Positions 9,622 through 19,565 are shown, counted from the stretch's first letter. The stretch is 64,000 nucleotides of DNA from Microbacteriaceae bacterium (GCA_024645175.1 JAHEGB010000003.1:30708-94707), one strand, 5' to 3'. A program made the numbers and translations. Notes: generated from the letters alone by a model not told the origin.

Positions 9622-11037
9622 ATGAAACTCAATTGGAAGAAAGCAGTCAGTTTCGCGGGCGCAATTGCTTTGAGCCTCGTTGGCGTGACTGGCATCTCAA
9701 GCTCGGCATCAGCTGCTGACGCTTCGGGTGAGGCATACATCTCACTAATCTCGCCAGTTATCACTGACGACATGATCAGCATGAAGGCTGACAACCAGAA
9801 GATGGCTGACGGCTGGGTTGCAAACACCTGGTTTGGTTCAGGCCTAACCTTTACAAAGACTTGGGCGCCTGCTGGTTCAACCATTTCGGTGACCTATCAC
9901 GTGCAAGACAAGAACGGCAACCCGTTCGTAAACAAGGATGTCAAGCTTCGCGTGGGCAAGGGCTACTCTGGCTCAACCGCAATCGTGAGCGTTGACGGTC
10001 TAAAGACCAACGGTGTCGACAAGCCACCATTTGATCAGGCAAACCCAATTCGCAAGACCGATGCATTCGGAAACGTTTCTTTCACCTTGGTGAACCTAAA
10101 CGACCCGAGCGAGGGCGAGCCTCAGCCAGCTAAGTGGACTGACGACACTATTCCTGCGACTTCATTGAACGCACTTTATGTTCAGTTGCTTCCTGAGGTT
10201 GCTGGCGAAAAGCCAGACCACTCGGTCATGACTGAGTTCCACTACTACAAGCCAAGCGCGCCAATTACTAACGGCACAGCAACCGCACCAAGCTTGCGAC
10301 TAGTCTCACCTGCATTGACTGACACCAACTCGGTTCACCGCGAAGACCTCGAGAAGACCTTCAGTGTTGACAACGCTTGGTATGCAAAGGGCATGACCAT
10401 GCGTCAGGCTTATGTCACCGTAGGCAGCCACGTTTACATGACCTACTCGGTCAAAGACAACGCAGGCAAGCCAGTGGTCAACACCGAGATCAAGTTGCAC
10501 GTTAGCAAGGCATACAGCGGTTCGAACGCAAAGGTAACCGACGGAACCACCCCGGTCGACCTAACCAAGCCAAACGATGCCGACAAGGCTCTTTGGACTG
10601 GCAAGACTGACGCGTTCGGAAACGTCGTGTTCCACATGACAAACACCGACACAGTTGGCGAGGCTATCCCGGCTTCTCTAACCACCCCGATGCCACTAGC
10701 TGGCAAGGGTGCCGTGTTCAGCCAGTTCTACCCAGAACTAGCCGGTGCAGCTACTGACGTTGCAGACATGACCGAGTTCCACTTCACCAACATGCCAACC
10801 GGTGTTTCTGCTGTAGCGGCAACCAAGGCAGTGAGTGGCAAGTATGCCGTGTCTATCACCATCCAGGGCAAGGCTGCCAGCTCAGCCGCTGTTTCGGTGA
10901 CCGGTCTAGCAAAAGTGACCAAGAAGCTTGGAGCTTCAGGCAAGTTGACCTACTCGGTCTCACTCACCAAGGGAACCAAGACCATCTCAGTTGTAATTGC
11001 AGGCAAGACCTACAAGACAACTGTGAAGGTTGGCTAA
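9622..11037 (+). CDS. Secreted non-catalytic protein: two copies of an unassigned ~165-aa domain plus a basic beta-rich C-terminal domain
   Basis: RBS aaagga, Sec signal ending ASA-A; internal duplication (KGYSGSTA/KAYSGSNA, KTDAFGNV twice, MTEFH twice). Confidence 0.85.
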   Translation: MKLNWKKAVSFAGAIALSLVGVTGISSSASAADASGEAYISLISPVITDDMISMKADNQKMADGWVANTWFGSGLTFTKTWAPAGSTISVTYHVQDKNGNPFVNKDVKLRVGKGYSGSTAIVSVDGLKTNGVDKPPFDQANPIRKTDAFGNVSFTLVNLNDPSEGEPQPAKWTDDTIPATSLNALYVQLLPEVAGEKPDHSVMTEFHYYKPSAPITNGTATAPSLRLVSPALTDTNSVHREDLEKTFSVDNAWYAKGMTMRQAYVTVGSHVYMTYSVKDNAGKPVVNTEIKLHVSKAYSGSNAKVTDGTTPVDLTKPNDADKALWTGKTDAFGNVVFHMTNTDTVGEAIPASLTTPMPLAGKGAVFSQFYPELAGAATDVADMTEFHFTNMPTGVSAVAATKAVSGKYAVSITIQGKAASSAAVSVTGLAKVTKKLGASGKLTYSVSLTKGTKTISVVIAGKTYKTTVKVG

Positions 11038-11049
11038 CAAATAGTTGAA

Positions 11050-11089
11050 GATTCGAGGGTGAGGCCTGCAAATGCCTCACCCTCGAATC
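11050..11089 (+). terminator. Strong intergenic stem-loop without a U-tract (terminator or 3' mRNA stabiliser)
   Basis: gattcgagggtgaggc ... gcctcaccctcgaatc, a 16-bp perfect inverted repeat. Confidence 0.65.
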
Positions 11090-11112
11090 GATTAACAAAC
11101 TGAGAGAGTGAA

Positions 11113-12498
11113 ATGAAGAAATTATTCGCACTGGTCACTTTGCTTGCGTTGCTAATTTCACCGGCCATTCGTGAAGCAGCTGTCGCAGACGAAGTCGCTA
11201 ATTCTTCACCGACTATCTCAGAATCTGCAAAGGTCGGCCAGACCGTTCGCTTAACACTTGCAACCTGGCCAGATGCAACATCGCAAACTTTCGTCTGGCT
11301 ACTCGCCGGCAAGCCGATCGCATCAGCAAAGTCTCTAACACTCAAAGTCGTCGCATCGATGAATGCAAAGACTATTCAGGCAAGGCAAACCGCAACAGTC
11401 GCCGGACAAACCGTTACTCGCACTTCTAACGCACTTGTCGTTGGCAAAACGACTATTTCGTCAGCAACTCAAATTGCATTCACAGACGCAACGAAGTCGT
11501 CACTTCAAATTACAAATTTCAAAGTTTCACCGACTACTAAGTCGGTCAAGTATCAGTGGTTCAAAGATGGCTCTGCAATCAAGGGCGCAACCACTTCAAA
11601 GTACAAGTTCGCGGCAACCGCTGCGATGTCAGAATTCAAAGTTTCGATCACCGCCCAAGCTGCCGGATTCGCGCTAAACAAATTCACCACCCAAGGATTT
11701 GTTCCCGACGACCAGCCCAAGGAATACAAGCTGACTTGGTCAGACGAATTCAACGGTTCTGCCGGCTCGGCAGTCGACGCCACCAAGTGGGACTTTCAAG
11801 AGGGCGACGGCGTTGCCTTCAAGAACGCCGGCTGGGGCAACAACGAAGAGCAGTGGTATCTCAAGAAGCAGGCCAATATTGTCGGCGATGGCAACCTAAA
11901 GATTGACGCAACTCGAAACGGCGCAAGCCAGTACAAGTGTTACTACGGCGCTTGCACCTGGGTTAGCTCGAAGCTGGTCACCTATAAGAAGGTCGGCTTC
12001 TTGTATGGGCGTTTCGAGGCTCGCGTAAAGGGTTCGCTGGGCCAAGGCGTCTGGCCAGCATTCTGGCTTCTGGGTGCGAACATCGCAGACCGCCCATGGC
12101 CAGGCTGTGGCGAGATCGACATCATGGAGCTCAAGGGGCAAAACGCAGACACCGTTTGGGGCACCTTGCACGGGCCAAACGGCAGCAATGGAACCACTTC
12201 GACCATTGACACAGACCTCACCGACTGGCACACCTACGCGATTGACTGGACTCCAACCTCGGTTACCTGGTATCTCGACGGCCAGCAATATCACAAGGTC
12301 ACAAAGGCCGACTACGTTGGCTCTAATGCGCCTGCCGTCTGGGTCTTCGACCACGAGTTCTACATCATTTTGAACCTGGCAATGGGTGGCAATTTCGTGG
12401 GTGGACCAACAGATCCATCTGTTGAAACAGCAAATCTCACATTTGACTACGTTCGCTACTACACAGTTGACGGCGTAGGCCAGGTCATCAATCACTAG
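11113..12498 (+). CDS. Secreted GH16 beta-glucanase with two N-terminal Ig-like domains
   Basis: 'YQWFKDGSAIKGATTSKY' Ig-like motif; 'WSDEFNG','GWGNNEEQWY','WPGCGEIDIME'. Confidence 0.92.
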   Translation: MKKLFALVTLLALLISPAIREAAVADEVANSSPTISESAKVGQTVRLTLATWPDATSQTFVWLLAGKPIASAKSLTLKVVASMNAKTIQARQTATVAGQTVTRTSNALVVGKTTISSATQIAFTDATKSSLQITNFKVSPTTKSVKYQWFKDGSAIKGATTSKYKFAATAAMSEFKVSITAQAAGFALNKFTTQGFVPDDQPKEYKLTWSDEFNGSAGSAVDATKWDFQEGDGVAFKNAGWGNNEEQWYLKKQANIVGDGNLKIDATRNGASQYKCYYGACTWVSSKLVTYKKVGFLYGRFEARVKGSLGQGVWPAFWLLGANIADRPWPGCGEIDIMELKGQNADTVWGTLHGPNGSNGTTSTIDTDLTDWHTYAIDWTPTSVTWYLDGQQYHKVTKADYVGSNAPAVWVFDHEFYIILNLAMGGNFVGGPTDPSVETANLTFDYVRYYTVDGVGQVINH

Positions 12499-12521
12499 GC
12501 GGAACCGGCTAATGACTGCAC

Positions 12522-12556
12522 TGTTAGAATTTCACAGTTGTGACAATCGGTTTCAC
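12522..12556 (+). promoter_or_regulatory. Extended -10 promoter (TGnTAGAAT) followed by a degenerate LacI operator (autoregulation of lacI)
   Basis: tgttagaat at 12522-12530; gtgacaatcggtttcac at 12540-12556. Confidence 0.6.
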
Positions 12557-12574
12557 GGTTGAGGGGAGCGTTTC

Positions 12575-13588
12575 ATGGTTGATTCATCAGTGACCCGTTC
12601 GACGTATAACGAGATCGCCGAACTGGCTCAGGTCAGCAAGGCAACAGTGTCGCGAGTATTCAACGGTGACCCAAGGGTTCACCCAGACCGCGTTTCAGCG
12701 GTGATGAAGGCTGCGAAGAAGATCGGTTATCGCCCAAACCGCGCTGCCATTGCCCTATCCACTGGCCGAACTGGCCTAATTGCCGTTGTTATCGACGACG
12801 ACATCACGGCACTAAGCGACCCGTTCTGGGGCATGGTCACATCTGGCGTAAGCCGTGTTCTCATGGAAAACAACATGCAAACCTTGCTCATGGTTGCCCC
12901 GCTTGACGACGACGACGGCGCCGTTGCTCACTATCTCGACAGCAATGAGGTCGATGGAGCGATTTTTGCCCAGGTTCACAAAGAGGGTCTGGTTCGCAAG
13001 CTAGTCAACAAGGGCGTGCCAGTAGTAGTTATCGGAACCCCTTCGGCTGAGTCTCACGATGTGCACTATGTCGACACCAATAACGTGGCTGGCGGCTTCA
13101 TTGGCACCAATCACCTTTTCAAGATTGGTTGCAAGACGATTGCGACTATCACCGGAGACATTGAAGCCAGTGCCGGTGCGCATCGCCTAAAGGGTTACGA
13201 ACAGGCCCACAAAGAAAACGGCGTAAAGGTCAACAAGAACTTGATCGCATACGGCAACTACTCATATGAGAGCGCGAAGATTCTGATGCTTCGACTTCTT
13301 GCCGGAAACCCAGACATCGACGGAGTCTTTGCGGCTAACGACGTAATGGCGCTCGCGGCAATCAACGCGATTGAAGAACGCGGCAAGCGTGTTCCAGACG
13401 ACATTGCTGTTGTTGGTTTTGATGACACGATGTTGTCGCAGGCATCACGCCCATCGCTAACCACGGTTAAGCAAGACATTCCCGGATTAGGTGCTGCTGC
13501 CGCAGAGTCGATGTTGCAACTTATCAATGGGCAGCAGCCCGACTCACGCATTCTCAGCACCGAACTCATCATTCGCGAATCTGCTTAG
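12575..13588 (+). CDS. LacI family transcriptional regulator
   Basis: HTH 'EIAELAQVSKATVSRVFNG', 'GYRPNRAA', 'VPDDIAVVGFDD','PSLTTVKQD'. Confidence 0.96.
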   Translation: MVDSSVTRSTYNEIAELAQVSKATVSRVFNGDPRVHPDRVSAVMKAAKKIGYRPNRAAIALSTGRTGLIAVVIDDDITALSDPFWGMVTSGVSRVLMENNMQTLLMVAPLDDDDGAVAHYLDSNEVDGAIFAQVHKEGLVRKLVNKGVPVVVIGTPSAESHDVHYVDTNNVAGGFIGTNHLFKIGCKTIATITGDIEASAGAHRLKGYEQAHKENGVKVNKNLIAYGNYSYESAKILMLRLLAGNPDIDGVFAANDVMALAAINAIEERGKRVPDDIAVVGFDDTMLSQASRPSLTTVKQDIPGLGAAAAESMLQLINGQQPDSRILSTELIIRESA

Positions 13589-15094
13589 TTAGTGCGACCA
13601 GACTCGACCCTGTTGATCGAGTTGCCAAACGCGAACGTAGTCAATCAGCATCGTCGATGACTTCCAGAACATTTGATTCTTCTGCCCGGGTGTTGTGTTG
13701 TCAAAAATCAGAAACTCCGGCGCATCGAACGGCCAAAAGTTTGTAGCTGATTGCTCTCGAGTTTGCACTCCATAGAGTTCACCGTCGAAGAAAAATTCAA
13801 CTTTGCCAGGCAGCCATGCGATCGCAAACGTGTGATATGCGCTTGCAAGTTTTTGCGTGTGGTTGAAATAGCGAGTGAACGTTATGTGGTTATCGCAGCA
13901 TCCACCAGAAGTGTTTGAGTAGTGAAGCGAACCGGCATTTTGATAGTCGCCAATGAGAGGCTGCTCCATAATGTCGATTTCGCCAGAGGTTGGCCAGCCG
14001 ACTCGAGTAATGCTGTCGCCGAGCATCCAGAATGCTGGGTTCTGGCCGACACCATCAGGCAACTTGATTCGCGCCTCGACGTAGCCATACTGCACCGATA
14101 GCTTGCCCTGACTGTCGAAGCGACCCGAGGTGTAGGGGCAGACTGCCGCCATGCAATTGCCATAGCTGGCTGGCGCAGAAGTGATCTTGGTGGTCAGAAT
14201 CTTCATTCGCCCTGAGCCATCGTGCTTGTTGGCTGCCGGAATGTTGTATTGGTCGCCATTGCAATAAGAGCCACCGCCATTTGCCGGTTCTGTGCCACAG
14301 TAGCGACTAGTCCAAACCTTGCTGTTCGGTGCGGTTGCTGCCTTGCCCGAAAACTCGTCAGACCAAAGCAGCTTCTGCACAGTGTGACCGATTACCGTGG
14401 GGCGAGCAACACTAGTCTTGGATTCAGTCACTGACACCCACTTTGCATAGTTTGCCTTTGGTGCAACCCAACCATTACAAAATGGAGTAATCGTCGATGA
14501 CGCTGTGCCAACAACGTGAATCTCGACAATCTCTTTCGACTGTTGCAAGTCTCCTAGTGAGCCGATCTGCAAACTGAACTGGCCATAGATTTTGCTTGCG
14601 CTGGTGTTTGGTTGATTCACATTTGTGTTTGAAGGTTCGCCAACCAAATCTTGATTAGTAATTACAAACGAAACCCTGCCGTTTGCATCGGTCACGCCAG
14701 AAATATCTGCACCGTTTTTGTCGACGAAATTTCCGATTGCAACACAGGGTGAAGCAAAGTGAGCGTTGCTTGACCCATAGGCTTTGTTTGCCTGAAGCGT
14801 GACTGAGGTGTTTGCAAGTGGTTTCTGGTTCGCGTCGGTTGCTATCCATGTGAGTGTGAACTGACTGCCTGCCTTGATGAAAGCGTGGCTATAAGTCAAA
14901 CCCGGTGCGTAATATTTGGCCCAGTCGTTCGCCAGACTTGTCGCGTCTACTTTTGAAATGATGCCCGATGTTCCAGCAACAAGTCGCGCGGTTGGCAGCT
15001 TGCTAGTCTCGGCTGCGCTAGCAGAACCAAAAGTTGCAAAGGCGAGAAAAATTGCAGCGGCAAAGGCAGCAAAACGCACAATCGACTTGACCAT
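13589..15094 (-). CDS. Secreted GH16 with an N-terminal copy of the unassigned ~165-aa domain
   Basis: 'WSDEFSG','YGYVEARIKLP','WPTSGEIDIME'; N-terminus has 'KAYGSSNA','TDANGRVSF'; unusually Cys-rich. Confidence 0.9.
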   Translation of the reverse strand: MVKSIVRFAAFAAAIFLAFATFGSASAAETSKLPTARLVAGTSGIISKVDATSLANDWAKYYAPGLTYSHAFIKAGSQFTLTWIATDANQKPLANTSVTLQANKAYGSSNAHFASPCVAIGNFVDKNGADISGVTDANGRVSFVITNQDLVGEPSNTNVNQPNTSASKIYGQFSLQIGSLGDLQQSKEIVEIHVVGTASSTITPFCNGWVAPKANYAKWVSVTESKTSVARPTVIGHTVQKLLWSDEFSGKAATAPNSKVWTSRYCGTEPANGGGSYCNGDQYNIPAANKHDGSGRMKILTTKITSAPASYGNCMAAVCPYTSGRFDSQGKLSVQYGYVEARIKLPDGVGQNPAFWMLGDSITRVGWPTSGEIDIMEQPLIGDYQNAGSLHYSNTSGGCCDNHITFTRYFNHTQKLASAYHTFAIAWLPGKVEFFFDGELYGVQTREQSATNFWPFDAPEFLIFDNTTPGQKNQMFWKSSTMLIDYVRVWQLDQQGRVWSH

Positions 15095-15098
15095 GGCT

Positions 15099-16952
15099 CT
15101 AGTGTGTCAAGAGTTGACCGACACCGTCGTTTGAATAGAAACGAACGTAGTCAATCGATAGCGTGCCGCTGCTTAGCGAAGCATCTACCGGCCCACCGAA
15201 CCCGCCGCCAACGGCCAAGTTCAAAATCAGGTAGAACTCTAGGTTGAATGGGTATGGCTGAGCGCCGGCATCCGTGGCTCGCAGGGTGTGAAACACGGTG
15301 CCATCGAAAAGCCACTCGATGCGATCTTGGCTCCAGTTGATCGCATAGGTGTGGTAATCGGCAGAAAGTGGGGTCGAACTATTGGTTGTGCCGCCCGAGT
15401 GAATATTGACGTTGTGCGGAGTGCCCCAAACCGTGTTTGGCGCTGAACCCTTGCCCTCAAAGATGTCGATTTCGCCGGTGTGCGGCCAATAGACAGACCC
15501 GCCGTTCTCGTTGATGTTCGCTCCGAGCATCCAGTAGGCAGGCCACATTCCAGCGCCAACCGGGGTCTTCAGGCGGGCCTCGAGGTAGCCGAACTTGAAG
15601 CCGACCTTTTGCTTGGTGGTCAGCTTTGCGCTCTTCCAGTAGCAGGTGCCGATGTAGCAGCCGTATCCGGTGCTTGTCTTGGTGGCTGTGATGTTTAGGT
15701 TGCCAGCACCATCGAGCTTCGCCGAATCGTTCGTGTAGTACTGCAATTCGTTGTTGCCCCATCCGGGGTTATTGAAAATGCTGCCGTCACCGAGATCTGG
15801 CGCCCAAGCGCTCGAGTCGGGGTTCGCGTTAGCGGCACCGTTGAACTCTTGTGACCAGAGCAGAACCTTCGTGCCGTTGCTTGGCGGTGGCGTTGCAGAT
15901 TGCGTCGGTGTTGGTGCAGGTGCGCCAAGTGCCGGTGGTGTTGCCCCGAGCAGTGCAACGTCGTCAATCCAGAAAACACTGCCAGCAGTGGTAGAACCAA
16001 ACTCCGGAAACACCGACAACTTGTCATAAACAACAGCTGCATTGAACGCCGGAGTTCCAGCAGCGTTAGATGCGAAATTCCAGGTAAGCCTTTGCCAACC
16101 TGAAGTTGTTGTAACCGCATCGGTCTCAACGGCTAGGTTTATGTCGCTGTGGTTCTCAACCTTCAGACGAATATTTTTGCCAGCGGCCGATGACCAGACA
16201 TTTGCAGAAATAGTTTTGTATGTCGAGGTGATCAGTGCTGTCGAATTCTGCGCAAAGAAAGTCACGCCCGACCAACTCACGTTGCCCTTAGTTGTCTTGA
16301 GTGCCGTGTAGTTATTTGCAGATCCGCCAACTGGCAATCCAGAAGTCGTGATTGAAGAAGACTCGCCGCCGAAGTCAACGCTCGTGGTGCCGGCCATTGA
16401 GTTCTCAAAGTTGATCAACAGACCCACGGTTGTTGTCGGTGTTGGCGATGGTGTCGCAGAACTGGTTGAAGTTGAAGTCGGTGTGCTGCTCGGTTTAGGT
16501 GTGGCGCTCGCGCTTGCAGAAGCGGTTGGTGTTGCCACAGGTGACGCGACCTTGAAAGTTGTGCAGGCCGTTTTGCTCTTATCTCCGCTGAGCCATGCGC
16601 ATCGGTTGGTTCCGGTTCCGCCGTCAAAGCTGTCAGTTCCGGTTCCGCCAATTAGAGTGTCGTTGCCTGTGCCCCCGATAAGTTTGTCGTTGCCCGTGCC
16701 GCCATCGAGCACGTCATTGCCGGCGGCACCGTTGATGATGTCGTTGCCACCAAGGCCACAGATAACGTCGTTCTTCGCAGTGCCTACAAGGGTTTCAGAC
16801 TTGTCTGTGCCCACAATCGTGCAGGTCTGGCCTGTTGCAGCCGACGTGGCTGCCCAGGCATTTTGCAACTGCAAGCCAGCGGTGAGAGCAAGCGCGAGCG
16901 CAAACAAACCGCCCGCAATTTTCATTCGCACAGGTGACTTGAAGTCAAACAT
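15099..16952 (-). CDS. Secreted GH16 with RTX-type Ca-binding repeats and a CBM-like domain
   Basis: GGxGND nonapeptides; S/T/P linker; jelly-roll-like 'IRLKVE...GWQRLTWNF...FWIDDV'; 'WPHTGEIDIFE'; TGATG coupling to the upstream gene. Confidence 0.9.
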   Translation of the reverse strand: MFDFKSPVRMKIAGGLFALALALTAGLQLQNAWAATSAATGQTCTIVGTDKSETLVGTAKNDVICGLGGNDIINGAAGNDVLDGGTGNDKLIGGTGNDTLIGGTGTDSFDGGTGTNRCAWLSGDKSKTACTTFKVASPVATPTASASASATPKPSSTPTSTSTSSATPSPTPTTTVGLLINFENSMAGTTSVDFGGESSSITTSGLPVGGSANNYTALKTTKGNVSWSGVTFFAQNSTALITSTYKTISANVWSSAAGKNIRLKVENHSDINLAVETDAVTTTSGWQRLTWNFASNAAGTPAFNAAVVYDKLSVFPEFGSTTAGSVFWIDDVALLGATPPALGAPAPTPTQSATPPPSNGTKVLLWSQEFNGAANANPDSSAWAPDLGDGSIFNNPGWGNNELQYYTNDSAKLDGAGNLNITATKTSTGYGCYIGTCYWKSAKLTTKQKVGFKFGYLEARLKTPVGAGMWPAYWMLGANINENGGSVYWPHTGEIDIFEGKGSAPNTVWGTPHNVNIHSGGTTNSSTPLSADYHTYAINWSQDRIEWLFDGTVFHTLRATDAGAQPYPFNLEFYLILNLAVGGGFGGPVDASLSSGTLSIDYVRFYSNDGVGQLLTH

Positions 16953-17770
16953 CAGTGCAAGATCAATTCGCCAACGCCGTCAACCGAATAAAAGCGAATC
17001 CAGTCAACTGTGAGTTGTGCACTCTGCAAGTCGTCAGCGATTGGTCCGGTGAAGTGGCCACCCATTGCCAAATTCAAAATCAAATAGAACTCTTGGTTGT
17101 ACACCCACTTGTTTGGAGTAACGTCTTCACTCGTAGCGCTGAAGAACTTCTCGTCGTTCATGAACCATTCGACTTTGTTTTCAGACCACTCGATTGCAAA
17201 CACGTTGAAGTCTTCGCAGAGATCTTTTTCGGCTTGAACTATCTTGCCGTGAGGGTTTTCGCCGAAATATCCTGGTCCGTGTAGTGTTCCAAAAACAGCT
17301 CGAGGGTCGGCGCCCTTGCCTTCAAAGATGTCAATCTCGCCACAGTGCGGCCAGGTTTCTTCAGCAATCTTTGCTCCGAGCATCCAGAAGGCCGGCCAAG
17401 TGCCAACGCCCTTTGGCATTTTGATTCGCGCCTCAAGTCGGCCGAATTTGAAACCAACTTTGTTATAGGTAGTGATTTTGCCGCTTGTCCATTCTGCTGG
17501 AGTTCCGTAGTAGCAGGCGTATTCATTTTCTGCCGGCATGCGCGTTGCATTGATTATGAGGTTTGAGTTTCCATCTTGAACAACGGCCGACTCGAGGTAA
17601 TACTCGCGTTCTTGGTTTCCCCAGCCAGGAATTCCGGCAGCCGTTCCGTCGCCAATGTCGTGGTTCCAGTGATCTTTGTTTACGCCAGTGCCCTCGGGCT
17701 GCTCGAACTCTTCGGCCCAGAGCAACGCAAGTCTCGGGTCGGTGTTAGCTGGGTTCAATTTGTGCTCCAA
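16952..17770 (-). CDS. GH16 beta-glucanase without signal peptide (probably cytoplasmic)
   Basis: 'WAEEFE','GWGNQEREYY','WPHCGEIDIFE'; acidic, no hydrophobic N-terminus. Confidence 0.9.
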   Translation of the reverse strand: MEHKLNPANTDPRLALLWAEEFEQPEGTGVNKDHWNHDIGDGTAAGIPGWGNQEREYYLESAVVQDGNSNLIINATRMPAENEYACYYGTPAEWTSGKITTYNKVGFKFGRLEARIKMPKGVGTWPAFWMLGAKIAEETWPHCGEIDIFEGKGADPRAVFGTLHGPGYFGENPHGKIVQAEKDLCEDFNVFAIEWSENKVEWFMNDEKFFSATSEDVTPNKWVYNQEFYLILNLAMGGHFTGPIADDLQSAQLTVDWIRFYSVDGVGELILH

Positions 17771-17884
17771 GGTCAGTGGGATAAATCAGTCATATCTAGA
17801 ATTCGCACAAATTCTCAATGGTTCAGAATTTATCAGGGCATTCCAACGAAATCCACAGAATCAACATAAATAACGCTTAAATAA

Positions 17885-17899
17885 CGAAACCGATTTCAC
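17885..17899. promoter_or_regulatory. LacI operator, second copy in the divergent GH16/GH1 region
   Basis: cgaaaccgatttcac is the reverse complement of GTGAAATCGGTTTCG. Confidence 0.75.
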
Positions 17900-17949
17900 G
17901 GGTCTTTCGGCTTGCAAACTGGGGGCTTCAGGGTTTCTAATGGTCTTGC

Positions 17950-17967
17950 TGTGAAACCGATTTCACA
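17950..17967. promoter_or_regulatory. LacI operator TGTGAAACCGATTTCACA upstream of GH1
   Basis: Exact reverse complement of the 6260 site. Confidence 0.85.
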
Positions 17968-18075
17968 CTCCCTTGTGAGGGCAGGCGAGCAGCAACTACG
18001 AGATGAAGGTTGTTTAGCCTCGGGGCCGTTTCGCACAAAACGGCTTCGAGGCTGACCCCCGAACAGGAGCGAAAC

Positions 18076-19449
18076 ATGTTTCCGAGAGACTTCAACTGGG
18101 GTGTCGCGACTTCGAGTTACCAAATCGAAGGTGCGGCTCAAGTCGACGGCAGAGGCGAAAGCATCTGGGATCGCTTTTGCGCCACCCCGGGCAAGGTAGT
18201 CAACATGGAGAACGGCGACGTGGCGTGTGACCACTACAACCGTTACCCAGAGGACATTCAGCTGATGAAAGACATCGGCGTGAACACATACCGCTTCTCA
18301 CTAGCTTGGCCACGCATGTTTCCGACTGGAGACAAAAACCGCGAACAGCGCGGCTTCGACTTCTATAACTGCCTAATCGATGCTCTGCTCGAGGCAGACA
18401 TCAAGCCACTAGCAACTCTTTATCACTGGGATCTTCCACAGACTCTTCAAGATGTCGGCGGCTGGGCTAACCGCAAGACGGTTGATGCGTTCACCGACTA
18501 CGCTGCTGCTGCAGCCGAAGCATTCGGCGACAGAGTTCAAGACTGGGTAACGCTCAACGAGCCTTGGTGTGTTTCATGGCTTGGCTACATGAGCGGCGTT
18601 CACGCACCGGGCGTGAAAGACCTCGACCACGCGATCGCCGCAGCGCACCACACTGCGCTCGCTCACGCAGAAGCTACCCGTGCCATGAAGGCCGTGAACC
18701 CTACTATTCGCACGGGCATCGCGCTAAACATGACCAACTTCATCGTTGAAGATCAGAACAACGCAGAGATCGTTGAGCTCGGTCAACTCATGGATTCACA
18801 CATCAACCGCTGGTGGCTAGACGCTTCTATCCATGGTGCATACCCTCAGAACCTTGTCGACTTTTATGGCGACAAGTTGCAGCGCGTTGTTCTCGACGGA
18901 GACATGCAGAAGCTAAAGGTTGAACCTGAATTCATGGGAATCAACTACTACAGCGACTCATTCATCGGAGTGCCACGACCTGAAGACAAGCCAGCTGCCG
19001 ATGGCGGGCCATTCCCGTTTCCGCAGCGATCAAACGGCACCCCGCCAGAACCACACACCGACATGGGCTGGCCGGTAACCCCGCACGGAATCAAAAACCT
19101 TCTTCTTCGCGTTGCGAAAGACTGGCCTGAGGTCACCGATATCGCGATCACCGAAAACGGTGCGGCCTATCCAGAAGAGCCCGACGAGAACGGTGTCGTT
19201 CGCGACACTCGTCGCGTTGACTACCTAGATACTCACATCGAAAATGTCGGTGCAGCTATCGAGCAGGGTGCACCGGTGAAGTCTTATTACGCCTGGTCAC
19301 TCATGGATAACTTCGAGTGGGCCGAGGGTTACGCGAAGCGCTTCGGCATCATCCACGTTGACTTTGATACTCAGAAGCGCACGCTAAAGAACAGTGCCAA
19401 GGCCTATTCGGCGATCATTTCGAACCACACGGCGCCGGTCGTTCACTAA
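18076..19449 (+). CDS. GH1 beta-glucosidase
   Basis: 'FNWGVATSSYQIEG','TLYHWDLP','TLNEP','ITENG','DNFEWAEGY'; RBS aggag. Confidence 0.96.
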   Translation: MFPRDFNWGVATSSYQIEGAAQVDGRGESIWDRFCATPGKVVNMENGDVACDHYNRYPEDIQLMKDIGVNTYRFSLAWPRMFPTGDKNREQRGFDFYNCLIDALLEADIKPLATLYHWDLPQTLQDVGGWANRKTVDAFTDYAAAAAEAFGDRVQDWVTLNEPWCVSWLGYMSGVHAPGVKDLDHAIAAAHHTALAHAEATRAMKAVNPTIRTGIALNMTNFIVEDQNNAEIVELGQLMDSHINRWWLDASIHGAYPQNLVDFYGDKLQRVVLDGDMQKLKVEPEFMGINYYSDSFIGVPRPEDKPAADGGPFPFPQRSNGTPPEPHTDMGWPVTPHGIKNLLLRVAKDWPEVTDIAITENGAAYPEEPDENGVVRDTRRVDYLDTHIENVGAAIEQGAPVKSYYAWSLMDNFEWAEGYAKRFGIIHVDFDTQKRTLKNSAKAYSAIISNHTAPVVH

Positions 19450-19565
19450 AGCGCGCTGAAAGGCGTTTCACAGGCCAGCTCTTAGCCTGCGTTGACCCTG
19501 CCTGGGCATGCCCTGCATGCCCGTATCTGTGCGGAAACCGAATAATCACAATTCGATAAAGAATC

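Noticed and set aside
16600-16830. RTX repeats as a toxin or type I secretion substrate
   Set aside because: The protein has a Sec signal and a GH16 domain, and there are no T1SS genes in the window.
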